This document shows, piece after piece, positions 42,001 through 53,700 of a stretch of 64,000 nucleotides of DNA; the stretch's first letter is position 1; the number at the start of each line of letters is the position of its first letter. The stretch comes from Phoronis australis. Its lineage: Eukaryota > Animalia > Phoronida. The DNA is taken from the NCBI GenBank assembly GCA_002633005.1, contig NMRA01000218.1, positions 391,113 to 455,112 on the forward strand, given 5' to 3'. The translations under genes and the position numbers were made by a program. The notes under the pieces were generated by a model. It searched no databases. It had not been told where the DNA came from and was given only the letters and a program-made list of their open reading frames with translations.

Positions 42001-44824
42001 AGCTTGATTTTCTCACTGTGACCTTGAAAATGTTATCATTGAACTGATGCCTGGAGCTGCCGCATCTGAACAGGGGATTAAAGTAGGAACATATTTCAGC
42101 GCCAAAGTTTCTGTAATCAAAAAATATTTTTCTGGTATTGACCTTGAAAATGTCATGGTCACCAAAATCAACTGGTGCCCGGTGTGGCCCAAAAATACCC
42201 AAAAACAAAATATGAAAATATGTACAGCTCCACTTCTGCAATACCAGAGCAGCAGTATTTTCCCCTTGGACACAAAATATGTACAGAATTCAAAGCTCCA
42301 TTCTCGAGGCACCAACATTTTCCCAGGTTAAATGTGATTCTCTAGCCATAAACTTTAAAATGAGTTAAAAGTTGCCAAAATCGACTGGCGTCTAGAGTAG
42401 CCCCATCCACACACATTGGAACAAAATATGAACACCATCAAGCTTCATTGATGACACATATTATGCCTTCAACAACATTGTAAGATCGGACATACGATCA
42501 TGGATACTACTTCACCTACATGTACCCGCTGTGCATCAATGCGTGTAGGTAGACAACGGCACAGAAAATGTTTATGCACTGCATTTTGGCTTTTTACCAA
42601 CTAAAGATAAAATGCTTCATAGCCTCTGGACAATGAAAGATTTTTACTCAAACTGATGTAGCAAACAAGGTGAGTTTAGAGTTAAACAGTAACTGTTGCA
42701 GCTTTAAATTTTTGAGTAATTTGGGAAAATGTGCTTACCAGAACTTCTTCGGAATGACCCGCTTCCTAGCCGGTAATTTGCCCGACCGTCTTTCAATGTC
42801 ATAGTCGTTGGCCTGAATCGCGATGCTGACCTTGCCCTCCCCCACTGGGTCACGTGACTCCGTCAATGAATCAGGCCATGCATGAACATACGATAAAAAT
42901 GTCTCCCCTACAGCAGTTGTCGAAGCTGGAATCCATCACGATTTCATGAATATTTTGAAAAGAGTGAGACCAAAACCGAATACTTATAGCACAGAATAGG
43001 CGTCAGGAAAAATTTCAAAATAATTAGGAACAGAGATATCTCTGATGAATATTCATACACAGACAAATCCACAAACCTGTAGTTTATATATGCTCTTGGT
43101 GTAAAATTAACATTTCCTAAGAGCGTAGCTCAGCACAACATATTCTATTTTATGGCAGTACTAGACATACGATAAATTAACTTGTGACACCTAGTGCACT
43201 CAAGCACAGGAATTCCAATAAACAAGTAACTGGTTTGTGTTGATAACGGAAAATCAAGACTACAGTTTGGCACTTGTAGACATTGTTGAAGGGTTTGTCA
43301 GTTATTCGTCAACATCAAGCTCAAACAGATTGCCACAAGTAGTTTTCGCAGACAGCAATAGAGAAAAATAGGAAAAATTTAGCAAAAAATACATTTGTGT
43401 TGCAGTTTGACTAACAGTCAGTATAAGGTACAGCAAAACTACAGCAAAATCTTTCCAATTCAGGACACAATATGGCCAACCAGTAAAACTTAGGTGATCC
43501 AGGAAACATATGAAACACCTGGAAAAATGCTTTTCCATGCACATGTTTGTATAACAGCAACAACTAACATCACAGCACTTCATTGGTATCTGGTGTACAC
43601 CAGGCATGGTGGGCACTTGGATAATATTTTATCCATGCAGACTGGCTGGTTTGAACGTGGGGCTTTACCGTTGTCAGACTGGCACTCTCACCACTAACCC
43701 ACTCAGTCAATAGTAATCCAGGGAAATTTGATATGTTCTTTTTTACCTAAAAAGGATCAGCACGCTATCGTTTGGTGGCTTGCTAGGCTGAATGAAGACA
43801 TTGAAGAATAGGTCCACGTGCAAAGTTCCCATGACATTTTTTAAGTTCAGCTGGCTTCACTGTCAAATATGTGGATGTTATGCCATATGATGTTGTTTTG
43901 GCTATAAGGTTAACAGTGGCCGGTTGCATGAAACAGTCCTAAATAGGGATTAACCTAAGGTCCCTAAGTCTTTTTGCATATTTTTGTCTTCGTGGACTAC
44001 CAGATGAAATATTTTTCTATCATTTCATCTTTATTGTGAGCTCCTCTTTGATTAATTGCATTTTTTTAATACAAAAAACTGAGCCCAGAGTTCATGGGAC
44101 ACGAATAGGAACTCAGTCCTTAAAGTGGGAGTGTTGCATGAAAAGATTCATTATTTTCGATAATATTGAAAATTCAATGTATAGTAGAGTCCACTCTCGA
44201 TTTGTAAGTCAAAAGTTGACTTAGTAATGAAATTGAAACAACAAAAGAAAGGCAATTGATGTTTTCACAAGTTCACAAATACACAGCAGACTTAGGGAAC
44301 TTAGTTGAATCCCTATTTGGGATGGCTTCATGCAACTGGACCCTGATATACCGTGTTAGTTGTTCTAAGAATGGTGGAACATCTGAAGTTGGGTGGAGAA
44401 ATGACCGGCTGAAACGCCATGCCAGATAAATAGGCTACATGCTGGTATATACACCGATAACTTTCCTACAGCATGTTGAACTTACATCACCACCTCAAAG
44501 CAGTTTCGGGAAGTAATGTTAGAAGCCTATGAAAATGAATTTAAGAAAATTTTGGGAACCATTCTTCATCAGTGAAATTTTACCACATCCCTTCCGTGGA
44601 CATAGACTTGAAACACAGAATTCTGCTTGGAGCAAGTGAACATCTTTAGAAATCCCATACAAACCTTCAGCGTCTTTATGTTGCATCACGGCAGCACCCA
44701 CATCAGTGCACATGTTGTCCAAACACTGGGCCTGAACACCAGAAATGTCTGAAGCAGGCAGAGATGTCGAGGAGCAAGATGTCACGCTGTTTCTTGTAGG
44801 TAGCGTAGTGGTCAGCGCGTCCAT
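26522..44824 (-). CDS. AT-hook + 8x C2H2 zinc-finger transcription factor, ~750 aa, 11 coding exons
   Basis: Phase-consistent exons: 44665..44824, 42739..42925, 40573..40673, 39712..39936, 38778..38900, 36971..37222, 35866..35949, 34781..35011, 32567..32709, 29359..29529, 26522..27097 (2253 nt, open). KRGRPRK AT-hook, fingers with TGEKP-like linkers. First coding exon and its donor are least certain. Confidence 0.85.
29359..29529 (-). CDS. ZF gene coding exon 10
   Basis: ctttgtag| [13 protein letters not shown]...DNSAEE |gtaaaa; 171 nt, phase 0/0. Confidence 0.8.
31119..32150 (+). CDS. RNase H-domain ORF (343 aa; first ~38 codons come from the host flank)
   Basis: Uninterrupted ORF with the D-E-D-H-D catalytic set; whether it is expressed is unknown. 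Confidence 0.55.
   Translation: MGKRRHEYIVQFLLLYSDFLGSIVFMTPKDNGKTVAFKLRPRPFRNASHQRLSRCSWTVAAVNATMGLIGEHMIAQNAAWLPVQELGEEQNVIIAFNREAREWPPGVAQALCRQQWRDLGGINAIIVATDGSFDGETNRAGWGYQIRCANNVIAEGSGCHHVYTSSTRMEFEAIQRAITKLSLLDLGNHTIIFATDSMAVLMNAQSGNLPANWGVFRSSHPHHVVIWSFKPGHASVLINERADYLAGSCTTYQPLYLYSADVKLLARKCNLEETASQLAEFNDGSQLLEAGIIYGHAVKSHKKSRARVLSNQMLAGNVSPGVLRLLLSRGWSGEGNNAPAYPQ
31234..32177 (+). mobile_element. 5'-truncated non-LTR retrotransposon (I/Ingi-like) retaining the RNase H domain, antisense in a ZF-gene intron
   Basis: TSD ttgctttcaaac at 31222..31233 and 32178..32189; (caggtatt)x2 tail; RNase H motifs [30 protein letters not shown]. Confidence 0.85.
32567..32709 (-). CDS. ZF gene coding exon 9
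   Basis: tttttacag| [14 protein letters not shown]...LMQADK |gttagc. Confidence 0.78.
32859..33105. repeat. Palindromic repeat with tRNA-derived arms
   Basis: ~70-bp inverted arms; left arm on minus reads gtagctcagtgg (box A) ... ggatcgattccc (box B). Confidence 0.7.
34781..35011 (-). CDS. ZF gene coding exon 8 (fingers 7-8), ends in a GC donor
   Basis: EKPYTCDTC...HMKEH, YSCQLC...HLYRKH; donor AAG|gcaagt. Confidence 0.88.
35866..35949 (-). CDS. ZF gene coding exon 7 (finger 6)
   Basis: [28 protein letters not shown]; 84 nt, tcag| ... |gtaagt. Confidence 0.92.
36971..37222 (-). CDS. ZF gene coding exon 6 (fingers 3-5)
   Basis: YECPEC...HLLIH, HPCGVC...HLVTH, FSCDTC...HQKVH. Confidence 0.93.
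37481..37686. repeat. 70-bp tandem repeat x3 (intronic)
   Basis: Units start at 37481, 37551, 37621 (taaacaagtaagaggg...ggtcagacatgg). Confidence 0.92.
38778..38900 (-). CDS. ZF gene coding exon 5 (fingers 1-2)
   Basis: [41 protein letters not shown]. Confidence 0.92.
39712..39936 (-). CDS. ZF gene coding exon 4 (AT-hook, first half of finger 1)
   Basis: GRPRK...KRGRPSK...[13 protein letters not shown]; gcag| and |gtagc. Confidence 0.88.
40573..40673 (-). CDS. ZF gene coding exon 3 (acidic segment, start of AT-hook)
   Basis: [34 protein letters not shown]; phases 2/1 match neighbours. Confidence 0.85.
41100..42480. repeat. Degenerate satellite-like interspersed repeat block
   Basis: Recurring ccccaggtga, tgaccttgaaaatg, caaaatatg and aaaatc.actgg motifs; family not assigned. 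Confidence 0.45.
42739..42925 (-). CDS. ZF gene coding exon 2
   Basis: ccag| ... |gtaagc; open frame [10 protein letters not shown]...RKRVIPKKF (basic, NLS-like). Confidence 0.8.
43917..44342. mobile_element. PIF/Harbinger-like MITE with ~55-bp TIRs
   Basis: ggccggttgcatgaaacagtcctaaatagggattaacctaaggtccctaagtc vs gacttagggaacttagttgaatccctatttgggatggcttcatgcaactggacc; CAG/CTG flanks. Confidence 0.75.
44665..44824 (-). CDS. ZF gene coding exon 1 ([10 protein letters not shown]...DAE)
   Basis: ATG 44824; donor AG|gtttgt phase 1; an alternative donor at 44584 is also phase 1. Confidence 0.6.
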
Positions 44825-46617
44825 TCCACGATGGATATCTACTTGAGAAAACTGAAGTGATTTGTAAACTTATCACTTCCAGTCTGGTTACATTTATGTA
44901 GAAAAATGGAAAATGTCGTTACTAGGCTACATGACTTCAGAACATCATATCTCAGATAAGGACTTCTCCACAGCAAATTTTGACTTCACACTGATTCGAG
45001 TTTGAATTTTGTTGTGATGAGTTTGACTTACTTGTGTCAAGTTTGAAAACCTAGATGCAAAGGAGTATTGGGAGAACACGTGCTAGTAATTTCGTACGGT
45101 TATGCAAGACTATAGAAAAATGGCCAAATCTGACAAACTTTAGAACACCATAACTCAGAAATGGGTGATTGGAGTCATATCAACCGTTCATACCATGCTT
45201 TATTCGCTGTTCTCCAAAACGCTGCCAAGAATTGTTTTTAAAATGCTCTGGACATTTTTGCATGAGGAGCTAAGAAAACAAAACAGCGCTTTTGAGATTT
45301 CAACTTCAACATATTGAACACATTTTGGTTATTAATGTTATTGATACCATTGATTTGTAGAGGAAGTACATTTCTTTTTTGCTAAATTCCACTAAAAAGT
45401 GATTATGTAACCCAAGTAATACCAGTTTGGTATAAAGTCAAAATTCTACTGGCTTTCTACTTTCAGGATTTATATAGTTTTGAAGGTATTTTGCCAACCG
45501 ACCAAAATGGGTCCGTTTAGGGAAAACTTGAAAGTCATGGGATGTTCAATAGTAGAAATTGGGATCGCAGATGAGACCTAGCGGGCCACTGACACAACTA
45601 GCCGCAGTAGTGACGGAGGTCATCCCATAGGCCCTCCATGTACCGGAAGATTTTCTACAAATTACAGCCAATACTCAGCTCTTATACAGAGCTGAAGGTC
45701 CACCGGAGGGCTTTTCACCACTTGGTGAAATGGATATAAAACAAAAGAATAAGAGGAAAATTCTTACTCAGTGTGTTAGTACTAACCAAATCAAATTCCC
45801 TTGACACATTTAGAAAACCACAAATGCCTATGGTCTGACTGATTACATCTGGCCTCTTTTTATTTTCCTCTCATAACAACGAATATAACAGTCTGCCAAC
45901 TTCTACCCATAGTTTTTGACCCATTGACGTCAAGTAGTGACATTCATGAGTAGCATTTACAGCCAATGAGCCAGCGAATCATTTAGTTCATGAGTTCATC
46001 CGTAATTTGAAAATTGCAACCGACTGAGTGACAAGAAAAAAGTGAAAAGTCGTATATTCGAGAGAATAAGTTCTTTGTAGGGCTTGATTTCTGTGCAGTT
46101 ACATTTGCCATACAATTCCTTAAAATAAATGTCTACATGCGATCATGATTTCAAAGCGTGCAGAATAACATTTGATAAGCAATTCAAGAGTGACGTGCAT
46201 GACACTTGATTTTACGTTTTCACTTCCAACCCTATTCATGCCATTCAATCATGTCATTTTGGTTTACTGACTAGACTAATTTCTTTTTGACTCACTAGTA
46301 ATGGTTGACCTTTTCACGGAATAATGTCAGTTTTTTACGATATCGGTACAAAGCTATAGGCTACGTCTTGAAGAGTGTTCCAAAGTTTAAGGTTACAAAA
46401 AAAAAACATCATGAATCTACCACGCGTACGTGGTTTCTCTTTAGTCTCTTGACTGTTGTCTAATGTTTACAATATATTGAGTTGCAAGGGGCATCCATTT
46501 GAATTCTACTTTGGGGCCTCAGGATGGAGCGGTCGTACCAACTAAAGGAAATATTCCAGTTTTTAACTGACTCTGGTGAGCGACCTTGATAGATGCGCTC
46601 TAAAAGTCAATACTCAC

Positions 46618-46700
46618 CTCAAGTTAATTAAAACATAGAAGTAAATACTATATAATCTTTTAGCGAACTCAAGCGGCTGCCATTTTGAAATACAGTTCCC
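46618..46700 (-). other. Probable non-coding first exon of the zinc-finger gene
   Basis: Strong donor gag|gtgagta at 46618/46617; AAAATGGCAGC (YY1-like) motif near 46685; 5' boundary approximate. Confidence 0.5.
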
Positions 46701-47519
46701 GTATGTAGGCACTTGCCCCATCTGTTGGATGAAGGTTGCACCATACATGATTCGTCAGGCACGTCGCCAGCCGGCGAGATCGTCAGTCTTGGAGTCGGGC
46801 TCCGACTAGACGGGACGATCGGGTCGCGGAAGGACTGAAAGCTCAGCCCGATCACTAAAAAATATGCAGAAATGGTCGCTTGGCATTGCCGTTCATCACT
46901 GTCCATTGGTTACAACTGAAATGGTTTTTAAAAAAAATTTCTATTACTTGCTCATGAGAAATCTTTTAAGACAACTTTTAAAAATGTTGTCTGATTGTCA
47001 GTAAAATCCTAAAAAGTTATTTGTGGAATTTACAGTCGGCGTAGGACGATTGATTAATGTAAAAAAAAACGTTATGAAAGATGCGACCAAAGGCATCAGT
47101 TGGTGCTTGAGTTATTGAAATGTGCTGAATGAAACCAATATTGTTGAAACCCGCCCAACCTGACACGTGTTCGCCGTTAAGAAGTTTCTAAACCTCAATT
47201 TATGCATAAATGTAAATACCGCTCATTGTGATTTCTTGAATTATATAGATGATGTGTCGGAATGGCGGAAAAATTCAAAAAAGTGGGACAGTCCGCAAAG
47301 TGCGGGGTGGAAACTACACAGTACAATGTCAGCAACACGAAGCACTGGATTGGGTTCTTTTACATAAACAGGGTAATTGCTTGATTTTTAAAACCTCATT
47401 TCACGGGTGCAGTAAAGTACTACAGATAATACTAGTTATAGGTAAAAAATACAGAAGTTACTTAAACGCACCTATTATAGTGCCTACACTTTTCAGTTAA
47501 GACATTGTAAATTCTTTCC

Positions 47520-47845
47520 GTAAAGCAACTTAACATGAATTTAACACCCAAAATATCTTGTTGAAAATCTCCTGCTGGTATGCAGAACGGAGCATTATAT
47601 GGACAGTTTGGAAAACTTCCTCCGTTAAGAATGGCAGAAAGACCTATATGGACCATTTCTTGGGGAGAAAACACTTGTCTGACATGGCGACAAATTATAT
47701 TCGCCCCTCATACATTGGTACTACGTATGGCAGCTGGTCATCCACCGGATTCTCAAGGTTCCCATGAAGAGGTCGACACGCTTCTTACCTTCCACTTAGC
47801 CAACTCAAATGGCAATGAATTGATCAGGGCCTCTGACACACGGAT
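47520..47845 (+). pseudogene. XPG/PIN-like nuclease relic, AcademX-type transposon
   Basis: SHEEVDTLLTFHL...LIRASDT matches the HEEADT...RSxDTDV motif. Confidence 0.6.
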
Positions 47846-48321
47846 GTATAATTGTAAATGCTAGGTGGCTGTTTGAAAGCGTTGTGATGACTATTTCTAG
47901 TTTATTTTGATTAAAGAGGATTTTTAAAAACACGTCTGTTGCTTTTCTTTAAAAAGCTTTGCTTAGTAGTCAATGTAATGAAAGGAGTCTTTTAGTGTTA
48001 ACAAGTATTTTCCAAAATTCTTAAGCTTTTTCGCCACCATCAATTTGACACTCAGTATAACCCTGTTATTCATTTTAAGTAAGAAGTGAGTTCAGTGCAT
48101 TCAAAATTATTACGGAAATACAAGAATTTGCCATGAACTGCAAACTAAACCACATCTTCCTTATCGAAATTACTGATTCTACAAAACTCTACGGGATCTT
48201 AATTATCTATTTAATATATCACACGTTTTCAATAGAATTACGAGGTTGAGATTTCTGGGGCTGGCACGCACAGCACACGATGGATTTTTGCGTCAAAGGC
48301 CATCCTAACCAGTAACTTCTG

Positions 48322-49165
48322 TTTGAATCACATGGAATTGTTCAGTGGGGTACCTGGAATGTACATGTATGAGCTACCTCCTATTTGGGGGTCGTTTTTC
48401 AGTGAGTTTCTGACTGACCCTTTCCAGAGGACAAATTGCCTGTCATGTGCCATCCGGTGTTTATTGTGGCACAATTCATTGATTTTAACGCAGGTGGTAC
48501 CTCGAATATCTAATGTACGATAGCATACCGTGGTTGAGATATTTGAGGATTTTGGCGGGCACAACCTAGAGTGCAATTTTGTCTGTCACGGAGCATTCAG
48601 TGATCAGTGACATGTATTGAGTCACATGGAATTGTTTTTTTGTGGTACCTCAAATGTATGAGCTAACTCATTTCTTGGGGTCCTTTTTGGTTTTTGGCGG
48701 TCCCCTGTCCAGAGTGCGATTTGTCTGTCATGAGTCGTTCGGTGTTCATTGCGGTACTACTGTTAGTTTTTAATCAGTTTTAGCTGGTACCTCGAATATC
48801 TAGTAATCTAGCTCAAATTTCCAATGGCATTCCGTACTGGTTGACATTTTTGGGGGTTTCTGGCGGGCACAACCCAGAGTGCATTTTGTCTGTCATAGCG
48901 CATTTAGTGATTAGTGACGGCGTTGAATCACTTGGAATTGGTTTGTTTGGTTTCTCGAATGTATGAGCTAGCTCATTTTTGGGTGGTCCTTTTTCGTTTC
49001 TGGCCGACCCATTAAAAGTGCAATTTGTCTATCATGTGTCAATCGGTGTCCAGTGCTGTACTACATTGTCTGTTTGAAATTAATTTTGGCCGGTACCTCG
49101 AATATTTAATCTAGCTCATTCTTGGGCCCCTTGAAAGGTCCCCAGGGGTCACACCCAGAGTGCAG
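48322..49165. repeat. ~300-bp tandem repeat x~2.8 with internal subrepeats
   Basis: ttgaatcacatggaattg near 48323, 48618, 48923; recurring ggtacctcgaat and agagtgcaatttgtctgtca. Confidence 0.85.
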
Positions 49166-49275
49166 ACAACGGCAGACGTCTATTTCTGCATATACAGTGT
49201 ACTGAGGTGAACTCTAAGGGCACCTATGGTCAGATGTTGGTGCCTCTTTCATCTACATGTATGCTAAGTGCTTTG

Positions 49276-49400
49276 CATTGGCGGATTTAGGGGTGTGGGG
49301 GACAAGGGTGCTATGGCCCTCACTAAAATTCTCCCAGATATCATTAGGCAGTTCGGTGTGCGAATTGCTGACTAGCATATGCGCGCATGCGAGGGGGGGG
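49276..49400 (+). mobile_element. Truncated copy of the same MITE family
   Basis: cattggcggatttagggg...cactaaaattctcccagat...ggcagttcgg aligns to 25456..25540; right TIR absent. Confidence 0.6.
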
Positions 49401-50522
49401 GGGGCTCGGGAGCCGAATGCACAATGCATAGGCCTTGAACAAACCCAGTTTACGTTTTTTTTGAAATAGGGTCGCCAACCCAAAAATTGGAGAACCCTGC
49501 ATCCTTGCATTTTAGGCGTGCGCGTGTGCCGAAATTCTGGTATTTCCTGTGCCCTGACCCTCCCCCTTCCTCAGAATATACATGTATCATATTTTGTTCT
49601 ATTAGGTGTTGCCCAGGTATTAGAGCATTAATTCAGCAACATGTGTTTGTGCTCTCAGTGTATCTGCAGAAAGATTGCAAGATAGCTTTTGTGGAAGATG
49701 AAGGCCCGATGCTAAATGGGAGAAAACCACTGACGTAACGAAATGCAATGTTTGTCTGGGATTTTTTTGATTCCGTTTCCACACGGAAAACAATGTTGGC
49801 CTTCTTTCTTGAAAACTGTTACTGCGTTGTGATCATGCAATGACCCCATGGTTTCAGCCCAACGGGGCGCATATAAGAGAAATTAAAACGCTTGTCAAGG
49901 TAACGTGGAAATTACAGTGTTCGAGTTAAGATCCTTGGCAAAATGAGTTAGGTAGTGCACACAGTTAGTATTGCAAAATTCTGGCAATATATACTGGCTG
50001 GAGTGAAAATAAAATGAACCCTGTAACTTACAGGGCGCGATGAATAAGATAGGTGCAGCAGATTTCAACATAAGCTTCAGTACACACACTTGGAAAACTT
50101 GGAAAAAGAACTTGCCAAAATAGTTTGTCAGTTTAGTCCACGAACTCTTGTCGCAATAAATGATAAACTTTTGTCGAAGTTGTGAGCGAATATAGAACGA
50201 CTTTATTGCTCTTACTGCTAATTGTGTTTTTTTTTTCTGCAATGGACTTGCGATTTCGACAACTATTGGATGGAATAACTTTTGCCCGAGGTTCTGTAGT
50301 GAATTAGAATTTGTTGTCGAAAACTAATTATGTTTATTCACGGTTACGCGTCGTTTCAGTCTGTTCAGTTCATTTTGAAACTATTGTATGCAATATGTGA
50401 ATGTCAAATTCTTGAAAAAATCCACAAACACTGTAATTTTGTTTATTATTTTGCAGGGAATTAGTAAATAGTACTTCCGTAACCACAAAAGTGAACAACA
50501 ACGATCATTTCTCCCAAAACAC

Positions 50523-50766
50523 TCAACAGTAGATGGTGTCTTTTACCCCGTTCATGTTGACTTGATCGAAGTACACGTTGGTCATATCTCGAAACTGTCT
50601 TCTGGCGTACGAAAGACCAACAATTCCGCTGTCTGGGTCTTTGTCGTTGTAGTAAACCTTCCAATACCCGACGTAAATGTCGATTTTGCTGTTTAATTCT
50701 GCGAAAGACTTAATCATGTCTGTGCAGCTCTTGCAAGGAGACAGTTTTGTAAACAGGTGGACCTTT
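50523..50766 (-). CDS. Deaminase coding exon 2 (SPCKSC motif to stop)
   Basis: Extends ORF 50523..50717 upstream by 16 codons (KVHLFTKLSPCKSCTD) to a polypyrimidine-cag acceptor, in phase with exon 1. Confidence 0.88.
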
Positions 50767-53700
50767 CTGAAAACGAAGAAACAGTTTCTCTTATATTATG
50801 AGATTAGAAAAGCAAGAGGCTAACGGAAAGAAGGAAGAAGAAAGCCAAGAAGAGAAAGAGAATAGTGTAGGTTGACAGAGATGGAAGGGGAAGCGGGAAA
50901 AAGAGTCATCCATGAGAAGGGATGCAAAGGACGGAACAACATGAGGTACACTGAAACGGGTAGCAGTAGGGTGGATGTGATTGGTAAGGCGAGCATCATC
51001 TTTGCCGCAGGGAGCAGAAAACACCGTGACCGGTCGTGCAGTCGCCACCAACCTCCCCGCCTTCTGCTGTACATATACATGTACGTCGGCATTGAGCTGA
51101 AAAGAAGTACAGGTCAAGCAAGTGAGATATCTACGTCCTCATTAGTACTCTTGATTGACTTTGCCGGTAATACCAGGTAAACAGGCTAAAATCCAGTTTG
51201 GAGTAATACAATACGGTATCTCTCCAAGTCTGCTGCTTAATTCGTTTTTAATAAGTTGTGCGGGGAGACCACGACGTTTTCATACATTTTCGACTCATTT
51301 CATCGGTAAAAGACCCACCTGCAAACTGTTGCTACTACTTAGGCCTACGTATTGTTTTAAAACTCCCTCGACCCCCACACCCCGGCCCCCTCAACCCACA
51401 GCCCACGACTCACAACCATGCACCTCGACCCAGGACCTACACTATAGCAATAGATGTATCTTTGCGGTTTTTACACATTTCATAATCATATTAATTCGCT
51501 GAATGACTTTCCACGAGACATACCTGCACGCGAGTCTGTTCTGGGTCAAGGCTGGTGGTCATTAAAAGCAGAATGTGGCGTGACAATCCTGTTACCAATG
51601 ACCCTGTTCTACATATGTACAATTTTAGTTCAAGAAAACAACAACGGTTTAAGACTTGACATGTTTCGGTGTCATTTATTCAACACCATCATCCTCAGGA
51701 GTGATGGCCACCTAGCTACTTGTAGGCCCACCAACAAGTAATGAAGCACAGGTACAGTCAGTTACAAGGAGTGACAATGAACAAGACCAAATGAATGACA
51801 ACCTGTGGTGTGTCAGTTGCCTATTGAGATTGGGCTTGCACAGGCCAACTGATGTCTAAAGCCTCACGAATTTTAAGCTCCTTTGTTGTTACTGCCTGGT
51901 CTATTAAGGTGGCACTGAATAGTTAGGCTGCGGCCGCGGCCAAGTTGCACTGACAAAATATTGAAATTTTTGGGTTGTCCAAGTTTGGGGACATTTTGTA
52001 GGTGGGCATTGTATGTAGGCTCAGTGAATGGGGTTTGTTTGCATTTGTGAACATGCTGAGAATGAAAAGGCCACTTTCTCGGTTGTAGCTGCACTCTTCT
52101 TCAAGATGGCGGCCCCCGGTTGCAATTGTGCATTGCTGAGTAGCGACTGAGAAACTGGCTGCGATTTTAGGTAACCCTCAAACAAGCCAGAATTGCCAAA
52201 AAACTAGTTGGTTGACAGTACTTTTGGACCACATTTTCGGAATCTGTAGGATATTTGCTTTCAGAATCTATTGTTGGTTAGTCGTGCATCGTCAGAGAAG
52301 TGGTGTTTTCGGGGTGCAAAAAGTGCCAATTTTGCACTGTTTTGCCCCTATTTTTCTTAGTCTAGCTTGGTTTTCAGTGCAGTGGCGGATCTACAGGGGG
52401 GTTCAGGGGGATTAAAACCCCCCCTCGGGCCAGGACCCAAAGTTAGAAAAAACAAAAAAGTCTCCAGCAAAACAAAAACGGCATCGCCAGCGTGTGTAAA
52501 CCCCAAGAAACCCAACTTGGAAAAAATGAGGGGGGGGGGTTCACTATGAAAGTAATTCTTTTTTGGAATGTGAATTGCTGTTATGAAAATCAACGCGTTT
52601 CGAGTCTTCGTGACTCGTCGGCAAAACCCGGGAGATCAATTGTTCGCGCGCTTCCGACGACACTTCTGAAGTAGCCAAGCATTTTAGATGGACCCACCGC
52701 TGAAAGAGCAGCTATATAGCTGATTTCTTTAGGTAACTAGTTTCTTTACTCTAAGATATGTTGTGATTTGATTAGGGGAAACACTGTGGTGCCGCAACCC
52801 TGATATTCACGTGCAACCTTTTTTACTTCATCTGTCAAGCCGTGTCTTCCTCTTACACCCAACACGTTTGTAACTCGAATTTGACTGATGTATAGTAAAG
52901 TTGTCTTGCGCAATATCATACAGTGCACATGTACAGTGTACATGTAATACTTGAAAAAAATCGTTTTCCGAAGAATTGCAATTGTGGCCTGCGCCGTGGT
53001 CTGGTCGCGACTCTGTTTGAAGACGCACTCTAACAAGTTATGTCTATACAAGGAATGACCAAGGACACTTCTACCTGCAATAAGCACCACTGCCGTTTTC
53101 TATACTGAGAATTTCCGCAGAAAGGCCCACCCGAAGAAACTCCCATGCCCATGGGCATTTATTTGATGTTAGTACCTCGGGTTTCAAGCGTTCAGACATT
53201 GGGACGTTTATTTCGAAAATTGCAAGAGATGCAAATGGGTCCTGGGATACATCGTCAAGGTTTGAAGTAGTCCATGATGAACGGATCGAATTTACATGTA
53301 GTTGCACATGCTGCGAGTCTTTTGAATGTTACTTGGTTATCTCAGGGGGCTTAGTGCCAACTGAGCTGCGACACGAAATGCTGACAATGTAGAGGCGTAC
53401 AAGCTCATTGACACAGCAGTTGACGAAGTGCAAGCGTTGGGAACAAACGTCGAAGATGTCTGGGTAGAATGGTTCCAAGAGCAGCAAACCATTGGATCCC
53501 ATGTACAGATTCCTCGGCAGTCTAGACAACAGAAAGATAGGACCAACGTTCCCGGAGAAACACCCAGGTAATAAGTGATAATTATACACAGTTTGTAATA
53601 ATGTCGTTTTTTATGCTTGTGTACAATGAAAACGAAATAGAAATTATTTTTGGACATGTCAAATTTACCCAGTACAGCAGAGGGTCTACGAGCGCACAGA

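Noticed and set aside
50791-51502. Cluster of 75-115 aa ORFs on both strands
   Set aside because: Low-complexity purine- or C-rich intronic sequence with no domain signal
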